A stretch of 32,000 nt of DNA from a bacterium (GCA_963652165.1 CAVJRM010000002.1:28720-60719); one strand, 5' to 3'; positions 8,993 to 16,138 are shown, counted from the first letter of the stretch. Made by a program: numbers and translations. The notes: generated by a model not told the origin, from the letters alone.

Positions 8993-9068
8993 TGGTCCGA
9001 GTGGCGAGACTTGAACTCACGGCCTCTTGACCCCCAGTCAAGCGCGCTACCAACTGCGCCACACCCGG
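8993..9068 (-). tRNA. tRNA-Pro (anticodon GGG), CCA encoded
   Basis: Reverse strand CCGGGTGTGGCGCAGTTGGTAGCGCGCTTGACTGGGGGTCAAGAGGCCGTGAGTTCAAGTCTCGCCACTCGGACCA. 7-bp acceptor stem, anticodon stem CTTGA/TCAAG with loop CUGGGGG, T-loop TTCAAGT, 76 nt. Confidence 0.93.
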
Positions 9069-9102
9069 TTATTAAATTGTGCTGTGCAAACCAGCGAATG
9101 TC

Positions 9103-9130
9103 ATTATAACATAATAATCAGAAATGTCAA
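9103..9130 (-). promoter_or_regulatory. Promoter of tRNA-Pro
   Basis: Reverse strand TTGACA (9130-9125), 16-nt spacer, extended -10 TGtTATAAT (TATAAT at 9108-9103). Confidence 0.65.
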
Positions 9131-9284
9131 GAAAAATATTTATATAATTCTTTCATTGATTGATTTAAAATATTTAGCCTTTATCATAAAATAAAAATTT
9201 AGTTAAAGATTTCTATTTTTGATTGTAAGAATATTTCCAAATTCACATAATAGCAACAAATACATAACTCCTTTAAAAAAATCA

Positions 9285-9313
9285 TTGACAAAAACTATAA
9301 TTTTTGATATTAT
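9285..9313 (+). promoter_or_regulatory. Promoter of the tRNA-CAU/tRNA-Trp operon
   Basis: TTGACA (9285-9290), 17-nt spacer, TATTAT (9308-9313), about 20 nt before the first tRNA. Confidence 0.65.
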
Positions 9314-9334
9314 ATAGTGCGTTCCAACTGCAAT

Positions 9335-9411
9335 GGGCCATTAGCTCAGTTGGTTAGAGCACTCGGCTCATAACCGAATGGTCCGGGGTTCGAGTCCCTG
9401 ATGGCCCACCA
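9335..9411 (+). tRNA. tRNA with CAT anticodon, elongator type (tRNA-Met by anticodon; resembles lysidine-dependent tRNA-Ile2)
   Basis: GGGCCATTAGCTCAGTTGGTTAGAGCACTCGGCTCATAACCGAATGGTCCGGGGTTCGAGTCCCTGATGGCCCACCA, 77 nt. G1-C72 pair, so not an initiator. Loop CUCAUAA. The D-arm and anticodon-arm sequence resembles Firmicute tRNA-Ile(CAU) from memory. The anticodon alone cannot decide. Confidence 0.85.
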
Positions 9412-9416
9412 TTTTT

Positions 9417-9492
9417 AGGGGTATAGCTCAGTTGGTAGAGCAGCGGTCTCCAAAACCGCGTGCCGAGGGTTCAAGTCCTTCTGCCCCTGCCA
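9417..9492 (+). tRNA. tRNA-Trp (anticodon CCA), CCA encoded
   Basis: AGGGGTATAGCTCAGTTGGTAGAGCAGCGGTCTCCAAAACCGCGTGCCGAGGGTTCAAGTCCTTCTGCCCCTGCCA, 76 nt. Anticodon stem GCGGT/ACCGC with loop CUCCAAA. Confidence 0.93.
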
Positions 9493-9495
9493 AAA

Positions 9496-9531
9496 ACAAG
9501 AACATCGATTTTTCGGTGTTCTTGTTTTTTT
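9496..9531 (+). terminator. Rho-independent (bidirectional-looking) terminator after tRNA-Trp
   Basis: acaagaaca (9496-9504) pairs with tgttcttgt (9517-9525), followed by TTTTTT (9526-9531). An A-run precedes the stem. Confidence 0.8.
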
Positions 9532-9553
9532 CTTAGACAAAGATATTCTAATT

Positions 9554-9605
9554 CTCGGCACGCGGAGCGTGTCGTGGGGTGCGGGTCTCCTGTGGAGACC
9601 TCTGC
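9554..9605. repeat. Inverted, interrupted partial copy of tRNA-Trp
   Basis: 9554-9565 ctcggcacgcgg is the exact reverse complement of tRNA-Trp 9456-9467. 9594-9605 ggagacctctgc is an 11/12 reverse complement of 9440-9451. Both are collinear with the tRNA, but 28 nt replace the 4 nt (aaaa, 9452-9455) at the anticodon. Confidence 0.75.
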
Positions 9606-9704
9606 ACGAGTGCAGAAGCACCGACCGAACCGACAGGCGAGAGCGGGTCTCCTGTGGAGACCTCTGCACGAGTGCAGAAGCGCCGACCGAACCGACAGGC
9701 GAGA
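9581..9704. repeat. GC-rich tandem repeat, 2 x 62 bp, 1 mismatch
   Basis: Unit gcgggtctcctgtggagacctctgcacgagtgcagaagc(a/g)ccgaccgaaccgacaggcgaga at 9581-9642 and 9643-9704 (difference at 9620 vs 9682). 40/62 G+C by my count. Each unit carries hairpins ggtctcc-tgt-ggagacc and tctgca-cgag-tgcaga. Confidence 0.9.
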
Positions 9705-9705
9705 C

Positions 9706-9728
9706 CAAGTCCTTCTGCCCCTGCCAAA
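9706..9728 (+). repeat. 23-bp direct repeat of the tRNA-Trp 3' end (att-like)
   Basis: caagtccttctgcccctgccaaa at 9706-9728 is identical to 9472-9494 (T-arm 3' half, acceptor 3' strand, CCA and 2 nt). Confidence 0.9.
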
Positions 9729-9735
9729 TTAAAGT

Positions 9736-9782
9736 CTCAAAAGCCTTATGTATCAAGGCTTTTGAGGCTTTTCTTTTATTTT
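9736..9782 (+). terminator. Rho-independent terminator after the duplicated tRNA-Trp end
   Basis: ctcaaaagcctt (9736-9747) pairs with aaggcttttgag (9755-9766), followed by a T-rich tract gcttttcttttatttt. Confidence 0.75.
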
Positions 9783-9805
9783 CGTAAATGAATAAAAGAC
9801 ATTTT

Positions 9806-9832
9806 GGTTAGAAATTTCTAACCGTTTCTAAC
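9806..9832. repeat. Perfect 18-bp palindrome plus third half-site of the TTAGAAA motif
   Basis: ggttagaaatttctaacc (9806-9823) is a perfect palindrome. A further tttctaac lies at 9825-9832, 10 bp after the previous half-site. It shares the core TTAGAAA with the 8899-8922 repeats. Confidence 0.6.
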
Positions 9833-10127
9833 ACTTTACAAAAATCTCAATATTTTGATATTTTTAATGTGGCATTTTGAGGCGTTTTTTTGCTGTGGAA
9901 ACATTTAATTTTACTCTCTTAACCGATTTCTTTGCGTTTGTTGATTTTCCTGATAACTTACGACTTTCCGCATCAATTTGTTTTTCATTTTCAAAATCTG
10001 CAAGCACCTCTTTATGACATTCGGAACACCTGTTCCGTATCTGTGAGAACAATATATCATACTGAAAAAACGCAGTTCAACATATTTTAATTCTCTCAAA
10101 TTTTACTGTCGTAAAATATGCACAGTT

Positions 10128-10178
10128 AAAAGCGAAAAAGCCCGATAATCCGCAAAAGTTATTTGCAAATTATCGGGC
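10128..10178 (-). terminator. Rho-independent terminator of the chimeric WYL ORF
   Basis: On the reverse strand GCCCGATAAT...ATTATCGGGC forms a 10-bp stem with an inner gcaaa/tttgc stem, followed by TTTTTCGCTTTT. Confidence 0.7.
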
Positions 10179-10196
10179 ATAACTCAATATTGAATT

Positions 10197-11300
10197 TTAG
10201 CCAAAAGAAATAGTGTTTTCTAAAAGCTTTCTGTTGTTGAATTCATCAATAACCCACTGAGGGCCAGAGATGCGCATGTTTCCGGCAAATGTATTAAACC
10301 AACCCCAGAAAGTAGGGCTGATTTCAACATCAACCTTTACCTGATAATAGTCGTAGAATCGATCATTGTGACATGTTTGCTTCTTTTCAATCTGCACCTG
10401 TTCTCCAAATTTGTCATGAATGGAGCCCATTACTTCTTTTTTGAAATCAAGCGTAACCGTTACCGGTTTGCCACCGTACATTTTAAAAACTTTACTGCTG
10501 AAATTGTTAATTTCTTCCATCTTCTCAGATGCTTCAGGGGATATATCTTCAAAAGAAGCGGATACTTCGGTAAGTCTGTCAATTCTTCTTGAGAATGTTC
10601 CTCTGTCTGAACGCCATATTACAACATAATAATTGTCTTCATTATGAATCAATGATATAGGTTCTTCGATATATTTCTTCTTATGATGTCTATATACTTT
10701 TTCGCCTTTATAGTTGAGGTCAAATGCGAGAAATTCTATTTTCTTCTTTTCTTTTATAGCCTTTGCAATCGTTTCAACATTGTAGTATGTAGATTTATTG
10801 CTGTGTTTATGAGTATTGAACTGAACATCGATTGAACTTATTTCCTGAGCTTTATATATTCCGCCAAGGCTTGCCACTTTTTCAATAAGCTGTGTTGTCT
10901 GTTCTTCATTTATAAAGTTAGCGGCATGAAGAGCATCAACATTAGTTACATTTGATTTAAATGTAGCTTTTTGTTTAACCCATTCAGCACATTCTTTAGC
11001 TATTGCTTTCTGTGAAAGCTCATTACGGAGCTTAACTTCGAAATCAGTTCCGTATAAACTTCTTTCACGGTTAAGGCGAGGAATATAGAATTCTCTCTTT
11101 TCCTTTTTTGCTTTTTCGGTGGTAAATGTAGGTGAAGTAAAAATAAATCTTAATTCTTCAATATCAGATAATTGTTCTTTTAGTTCCTGAAAAGCGTATA
11201 TGGAGAAGCAGGCCGCCGCAATTGACAGCTTGCTTCCTTCTTTAATTTCAACGCTTAGATCATCTTTTAAAGTTTTGTTGATATTATCAATAATTTCCAT
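10197..11300 (-). CDS. Chimeric ORF: N-terminal ~120 aa of a PLD-like-nuclease/DEAD-box helicase family fused in frame to the WYL + WCX C-terminal part of a WYL-domain regulator (no HTH); probably a deletion-derived pseudogene
   Basis: Likely start is ATG 11300 (MEIIDNINK, RBS GGTGG); the track start at 11390 adds 30 unlikely residues. aa 1-120 (KLSIAAACFSIYAFQEL..LRFIFTSPTF..EFYIPRLNRERSLYGTDFEVKLRNEL) match the N-termini of large helicase proteins but stop before any HxK motif. From DALHAANFINEEQTTQLIEKVASL onward the sequence follows the WYL-regulator template (..YYNVETI..IEFLAF..YYVVIW..GTFSRRIDRL..VFKMYGG..TFWGWF..RISGPQWV). Confidence 0.7.
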   Translation of the reverse strand: MEIIDNINKTLKDDLSVEIKEGSKLSIAAACFSIYAFQELKEQLSDIEELRFIFTSPTFTTEKAKKEKREFYIPRLNRERSLYGTDFEVKLRNELSQKAIAKECAEWVKQKATFKSNVTNVDALHAANFINEEQTTQLIEKVASLGGIYKAQEISSIDVQFNTHKHSNKSTYYNVETIAKAIKEKKKIEFLAFDLNYKGEKVYRHHKKKYIEEPISLIHNEDNYYVVIWRSDRGTFSRRIDRLTEVSASFEDISPEASEKMEEINNFSSKVFKMYGGKPVTVTLDFKKEVMGSIHDKFGEQVQIEKKQTCHNDRFYDYYQVKVDVEISPTFWGWFNTFAGNMRISGPQWVIDEFNNRKLLENTISFG

Positions 11301-11654
11301 AATTACCACCAAACAGAGCTTTCGTATTTTTGCTACACATTTAAGCGTAATAAAAATAGCAAAATGGATTATATCATTTTTTAGATACACTAACCCTAAT
11401 TATAATTATTTTATAATATATCATATCCAACCCAAAAAATCAATTGATTTGAGAACAAACTGTAATTAATTGTCGCTTTTTTTGTACAGAATAAAATCAA
11501 CTTTTTCAAACTTATTGAAATTGATTTTTAATTAGTCTATCGTTGTCGGACGGTGGTCTAATTCATATAGTGACACAGTAGTTCCTATAGCAGTCAGCTT
11601 GTCATAGCATTTAATGATATTTTTTACAAAAATTAAACATTTTAAAATTTATGC

Positions 11655-11683
11655 TTGACAACCGGATAAAAATAGTATATTAT
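11655..11683 (+). promoter_or_regulatory. Promoter of tRNA-Lys
   Basis: TTGACA (11655-11660), 17-nt spacer, TATTAT (11678-11683). Confidence 0.65.
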
Positions 11684-11713
11684 AGTCAAGCGTCAAAGCG
11701 AACGGACAAATAT

Positions 11714-11789
11714 GATCCATTAGCTCAGTCGGTAGAGCACTTGACTTTTAATCAAGGTGTCCGGAGTTCGAATCTCCGATGGATCACCA
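11714..11789 (+). tRNA. tRNA-Lys (anticodon TTT), CCA encoded
   Basis: GATCCATTAGCTCAGTCGGTAGAGCACTTGACTTTTAATCAAGGTGTCCGGAGTTCGAATCTCCGATGGATCACCA, 76 nt. Anticodon stem CTTGA/TCAAG with loop CUUUUAA. Confidence 0.93.
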
Positions 11790-11792
11790 AAA

Positions 11793-11819
11793 AGCACTTG
11801 CAAAAGCAGGTGCTTTTTT
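11793..11819 (+). terminator. Rho-independent terminator of tRNA-Lys
   Basis: agcacttgc-aaaa-gcaggtgct followed by TTTTT. Confidence 0.8.
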
Positions 11820-11872
11820 CATTTGTATGTGATATAATATGTATAAGATTATAAATTAAATTTGAGGTGTTT

Positions 11873-12367
11873 ATGAAAGATTATTATGACTCTTTGTACT
11901 CAAAAGTTAAAAATCTTCTTAAAGATGTAACACCTTTATCTGCGGATTGCGGAAAAGTTTGCAATAAAGCATGCTGTAAAGGTGACGATAACACGGGCAT
12001 GTTGCTTTTCCCAAACGAGAAAAGTAATCTTGAAGTAAAAGAAAATTCAAACTGTAGATTTGCGATTTGTGATGGCAAATGTAACAGGACCGACAGGCCT
12101 TTGTCGTGCATGATTTTCCCGTTCTTTCCGATGATTGACGAAAATAATAAAATTAAAGTGTCGATTGATTACCGTGGATATTCTGTTTGCCCGCTGATAA
12201 AAAATGAAAGTATTGTAAAATTTAATCACTTATTTTTGCGAAGATTAAAAGTTGCGGGAAATATTCTTATTAAAGATGAGAAATGCAAAGAATTTATCAA
12301 GAACATTTCAAAGGAAATAGAAGAATCAAAAAATCTAATAGAAATACTAAACTGTGAGGATAAATAA
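11873..12367 (+). CDS. YkgJ-family cysteine-cluster (CxxCxxCC) protein
   Basis: ATG 11873 after RBS GAGGTG (the track start 11867 is a GTG). Motifs CGKVCNKACC and RPLSCMIFPFFP are typical of UPF0153/YkgJ zinc/iron-chelating domain proteins. Confidence 0.7.
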   Translation: MKDYYDSLYSKVKNLLKDVTPLSADCGKVCNKACCKGDDNTGMLLFPNEKSNLEVKENSNCRFAICDGKCNRTDRPLSCMIFPFFPMIDENNKIKVSIDYRGYSVCPLIKNESIVKFNHLFLRRLKVAGNILIKDEKCKEFIKNISKEIEESKNLIEILNCEDK

Positions 12368-12368
12368 T

Positions 12369-13166
12369 ATGTTCAAGGAAAATTTTCATACACATTCAAC
12401 ATACTGTGACGGCAATGACAGTCTTAAAGAAATGGCTGAAGCAGCAATAGATAAAGGATTTACCGCTTTGGGTTATTCGGGGCACTCTTATCTTGATTTT
12501 GCCTGCGACTGGTGTATGTCCCCTAAAGATACCGAAAAATATATAAAAGAAATAATTCAACTAAAAGAAAAATATGCTGATAAAATTTATATTTATTGCG
12601 GCACTGAAATAGATTGTTACAGCAATATTGATAATTCAAAATATGATTTTACGATTGGTTCCGTTCACTATATCAAAGAAGGAAATGATTATTTACCGGT
12701 TGATGAAAGCATAGAAAAGCAACAAGAAGCAGCGGATAAATATTATGGCAGCTCTCTTATCGAATATGCCGTTAAGTATTTTGAAATAGAATCTAACGTG
12801 CTTGATATGACAAATGCGGATATTATCGGTCATTTTGACCTTGTAACAAAGTTCAATGAAAACGATAAATATTTCAGCACAAAAGACGAAAGATATATTG
12901 CTGCATGGAAAAGGGCGGTTGATAATCTTATTCCTTACAACAAGCCTTTTGAAATCAACACAGGTGCAATAGCAAGAGGAAAAAGAATAACCCCCTACCC
13001 TGCTATGGACATAGCCGAATACATAAATTCAAAAGGCGGTTATTTTATTGTTACATCAGACTGTCACAATAGAGAAATGCTCGACTGCAAATTTGAAGAA
13101 ACATACAGTATGTATTCTAAATTCAAAATCGTAAGTTTTGATGAATATCTTAAAGGAAAAAAATGA
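12369..13166 (+). CDS. PHP-domain histidinol-phosphatase family protein (HisJ type)
   Basis: ATG 12369 after RBS GAGGA. N-terminus MFKENFHTHSTYCDGNDSLKEMAEAAIDKGFTALGYSGHS with later GHFD and SDCH metal ligands. Confidence 0.85.
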   Translation: MFKENFHTHSTYCDGNDSLKEMAEAAIDKGFTALGYSGHSYLDFACDWCMSPKDTEKYIKEIIQLKEKYADKIYIYCGTEIDCYSNIDNSKYDFTIGSVHYIKEGNDYLPVDESIEKQQEAADKYYGSSLIEYAVKYFEIESNVLDMTNADIIGHFDLVTKFNENDKYFSTKDERYIAAWKRAVDNLIPYNKPFEINTGAIARGKRITPYPAMDIAEYINSKGGYFIVTSDCHNREMLDCKFEETYSMYSKFKIVSFDEYLKGKK

Positions 13167-13171
13167 GGCCC

Positions 13172-14227
13172 TTAGGTCTCATTTTTTGCATATAAATTTG
13201 TATCCCAATAAGGAATATACGGATGATGACGTATTTCAAACTTATAATCCGGATTTAATTTATTTACCAAAATAGGTACTTCAAAAATATCCGAACTACG
13301 ATGGTATAATGCAATATTCAGCTTTGGTTTAAACTGATTAATTGTATTTTCGGCGCCGCAAAGCATATTTATTTCTTCGCCTTCAATATCCGCTTTTAAG
13401 TATGATATGGGAATGTCTTTGCAAATATCATCAACACAGGTACATTCTATTTCTTTTCCCTTGGCATTTACAGAGGAATTTCTGCCTGCCGATAAAGAAA
13501 AATTAACTACTCCGCTTTTATTTGAAATTGCTTTATTGATAATAGTAAAATTTTCAAGATATGATAAGTTTTCAGCCATTTTTTTACTGTTTTTTAAATC
13601 AGGCTCAACGGCAATAATTTTGCAATATTTGTTGCCGGTGTAATTCAAAAATTCTTCAACAGTATCGCCACGATAAGCACCTAAATCAAGATAAGATTCG
13701 TTATCTGTTAATTTAAGAAAATCATTAAAAATTTCTTCTTTATCAGCTGTAGCGTTAATTAAATAATTTAGATCTCCGCTGAACATAAATCTTATAATAT
13801 CGGCATATATTTCTTTTGAAGCACCTAAAAAAAGATGATAAGCCTTATTTATTTGCTCGGTATTTTTTTCGGTAAATTCTCTGTTAAAAATTTCTTTGCC
13901 GTAAACAGGAACAACAGGAACAAGAAGTTTATATCTTTTTGAAAGACTTATAATGTGATTCATAACATCGGGAATACAAGTTCCGAAAGCAACGGCTATA
14001 ATAAACTCGCCTGTAAATTCAGAAAGTTTTTTCACTTTATACCCTCTGAATATTTGGCCTCTGACAAAATCGTCACTTGCAGTTACGCCCAAGATTTCAA
14101 TATTAAGGCGATTTAACTCATCTATCACTAAATCTGCACCATTACCCATACCATAAACAACAACAGGTAATTTGCTGTTTTTCATCTGTTCCCATGAGGA
14201 ATATTCGGGTATATTAAAATCAAGCAT
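13172..14227 (-). CDS. FkbM-family methyltransferase with N-terminal Rossmann-like extension, 351 aa
   Basis: RBS GAGGTG. SAM-binding-like YLDLGAYRGDTVEEF and the overall FkbM layout (recollection). N-terminal VVVYGMGNGADLV. Convergent with the PHP gene, 5 nt apart. Confidence 0.7.
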   Translation of the reverse strand: MLDFNIPEYSSWEQMKNSKLPVVVYGMGNGADLVIDELNRLNIEILGVTASDDFVRGQIFRGYKVKKLSEFTGEFIIAVAFGTCIPDVMNHIISLSKRYKLLVPVVPVYGKEIFNREFTEKNTEQINKAYHLFLGASKEIYADIIRFMFSGDLNYLINATADKEEIFNDFLKLTDNESYLDLGAYRGDTVEEFLNYTGNKYCKIIAVEPDLKNSKKMAENLSYLENFTIINKAISNKSGVVNFSLSAGRNSSVNAKGKEIECTCVDDICKDIPISYLKADIEGEEINMLCGAENTINQFKPKLNIALYHRSSDIFEVPILVNKLNPDYKFEIRHHPYIPYWDTNLYAKNET

Positions 14228-14344
14228 TTAATCACCTCACATAACACATACCATTTGTCAATAACGCAGAAATCATTTTAAAAATTTGTGTTTATACTGA
14301 AATCGAGAAAGTAAGGCATTTTAAAAGCTATTCATTTTGAGAAT

Positions 14345-14890
14345 TTATCCTTTTGCCTTATTTTTCTTTTTTGTAATAAGCAAAACTACTATAACAGCAG
14401 CCAATATAATAACCAAAACTGTAAGTATAACCGTGGCTGTGGTAACTCCGGCAGATTCATAAATTGCATAAAGGGTAATATGCTCTTGCACATTTACGGT
14501 ATCTCCCTCATAATAATCTTCACCGTCGGTGCCATCTGAGGAAGTGCTCCACTTAACAAATTTATTATTTATATTTCCGTTTTTATGCTCTGCAATAGTG
14601 AGAGTATCTCCGTTTAGGGCAGTTTCAGTCCATGAGGATTTTCTGTCCATATATGTAATTGTACCTTTTGCCTTTTCGGTTACAGTTTCGTATGCAACAG
14701 CTGTGGTTGTATATGTATCATCTGTATTTTCTTTCGTTTCAGATGATTCTTCTTCCATCTCTTCTGTACCTGTTGAGCTGACATTCGGGTCTGTATAATC
14801 ATCCCCATTAAAAACATCCGCAAAAGAAGTTGTAAATAGAGTAAATGACATAATAAGAGCGATTAACGCCGATAAAGATTTCTTTAACAT
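14345..14890 (-). CDS. Secreted, C-terminally membrane-anchored hypothetical protein, 181 aa
   Basis: RBS AAGGAG. Signal peptide MLKKSLSALIALIMSFTLFTTSFA. Acidic linker. C-terminal TM segment VTTATVILTVLVIILAAVIVVLLI followed by KKKNKAKG. Confidence 0.8.
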   Translation of the reverse strand: MLKKSLSALIALIMSFTLFTTSFADVFNGDDYTDPNVSSTGTEEMEEESSETKENTDDTYTTTAVAYETVTEKAKGTITYMDRKSSWTETALNGDTLTIAEHKNGNINNKFVKWSTSSDGTDGEDYYEGDTVNVQEHITLYAIYESAGVTTATVILTVLVIILAAVIVVLLITKKKNKAKG

Positions 14891-14991
14891 ATTTTATTCT
14901 CCTTTCAATTTATGAAGTATAGGAATATTTTATCAAATTTTTATAAAAGCCGCAACCCAATACTGAGCTGCAGCTTTAGATTATTTTCAAA

Positions 14992-15972
14992 TCAATATTT
15001 GAAATTTGAATATGTAATGCTGTTTACAACGGTTGCCGTTGCAACACTTACCTTAGCAATAGTGTATTTAACGTTTGTAAGTGTGGCAGGCATCTTCATT
15101 GAATGAGAGAGAGAAACAAACTGATTTTTATCGGTTGTAACTCTTGCTTTAATTACAACATCTGAAGATGAAAGAACGATAGAATCAAGGCTTGCACCTG
15201 CTTCGTCAAGGCCTGCTTTAATTTCATCGGCGTCTTTGTAATCTCTTGTAAACTTACCGAGAGCGCTGCTGCTTTTAAGCGTATTGGTTTCGTTCTTTAC
15301 GGTAATGGTAATATCATAATATTTGCCATCTGAGGAGGGCGTGCAGGTTGCTTTTGTAACATCCGATGCCTTAAGAGTGCTTACTTTAAGGTCTGTGCCA
15401 TTAAAAGAGCCTTTCTTAACAGTTGTGTTTGTGCTGCCTTCACCGAGGAAGTCTGCAACTGTTGTACGAACGATTTTAATCTTTGCAAGAGCACCCATTT
15501 CAAGATCTTTTACAGATGTTTCTTTAACTTTGCTGTAACCGGGCTTGGATTTTGAAGCCTTGGTTGTTGCATCATTATAAAGAGCAACAATGTCTGCTAC
15601 AGATGTGGGAGCAGTTGCCTTTTTTGCTGTAGTGGTAACTTTTTTAGTGGTTGTTGCCTTTTTAGTTGTAGTAGTTTTCTTAGTTGTAGTAGCTTTTGTG
15701 GTTGTAGCAAGAATTGTAGCTGTGGTTTCTGCTGTAGTAGTCTCAGTAGAAGATACCTCAGTAATTTCTTCTGTTTCGGAAGTTTCCTCAGGTGCAGCTG
15801 TTTCTTCTGTGGTATCTGCTTCTTCTGAGGTTTCAGCTGATGATTCGGTATTTAACGCTTCTACGGTTGTATCATCGGTTGTTGTGGTTTCTTCCTCTGT
15901 GTTTGAGCCACATGCGGCAAAAGCGAGGACCATAACGACACATAATAAAAGTGCGAATATTCTTTTTGACAT
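14992..15972 (-). CDS. Lipoprotein with acidic and Thr/Lys-rich low-complexity linker, 326 aa
   Basis: RBS AAGGAG. Lipobox LAFAAC in MSKRIFALLLCVVMVLAFAACGS. Repeats TTKATTTKKTTTTKKATTTKKVTTTAKK. Globular C-terminal ~200 aa unassigned. Confidence 0.8.
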   Translation of the reverse strand: MSKRIFALLLCVVMVLAFAACGSNTEEETTTTDDTTVEALNTESSAETSEEADTTEETAAPEETSETEEITEVSSTETTTAETTATILATTTKATTTKKTTTTKKATTTKKVTTTAKKATAPTSVADIVALYNDATTKASKSKPGYSKVKETSVKDLEMGALAKIKIVRTTVADFLGEGSTNTTVKKGSFNGTDLKVSTLKASDVTKATCTPSSDGKYYDITITVKNETNTLKSSSALGKFTRDYKDADEIKAGLDEAGASLDSIVLSSSDVVIKARVTTDKNQFVSLSHSMKMPATLTNVKYTIAKVSVATATVVNSITYSNFKY

Positions 15973-16138
15973 AAGCTTTTTCTCCTTAAATTATTTTGAT
16001 ACGATTATATCAAATAAAGTTCCCACATTCAATAACAATTTCTCAAAGTCAAACTTTTGAGGTGAAACGAATAAAATTTCAATAAATAGTGTATAAAATT
16101 ACAAATTCACAGACTAAGAATGCATATTTTTCGGTAAT

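Noticed and set aside
9554-9605. Intron-containing or split tRNA-Trp gene on the minus strand (28-nt insertion at the anticodon)
   Set aside because: Only about 24 nt of tRNA-like sequence flank the insertion. The acceptor, D-arm 5' half and T-loop are all missing, so it cannot fold into a tRNA. 28 nt is also far too short for a group I intron.
9581-9704. CRISPR array interpretation of the 62-bp repeats
   Set aside because: The two units are directly adjacent with no spacers, there are only two copies, and there are no cas genes in the window.
9415-9791. ORFs of 70-113 aa on both strands across the tRNAs and the GC-rich repeat
   Set aside because: They overlap two tRNA genes and a tandem DNA repeat. 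They have no RBS and are Arg/Pro/Ser-rich GC-artefact translations.
9864-10099. Two overlapping 62-aa minus-strand ORFs (one with CSEC and a basic tail), plus palindrome ggaacacctgttcc at 10023-10036
   Set aside because: Non-ATG start, no RBS, only half of a zinc-ribbon-like motif, and the two frames overlap. Probably debris of a decayed gene. Not supportable as a CDS.
15590-16060. 156-aa + strand ORF rich in Val/Ser
   Set aside because: It is the antisense frame of the Thr/Glu-rich low-complexity region of the lipoprotein gene.
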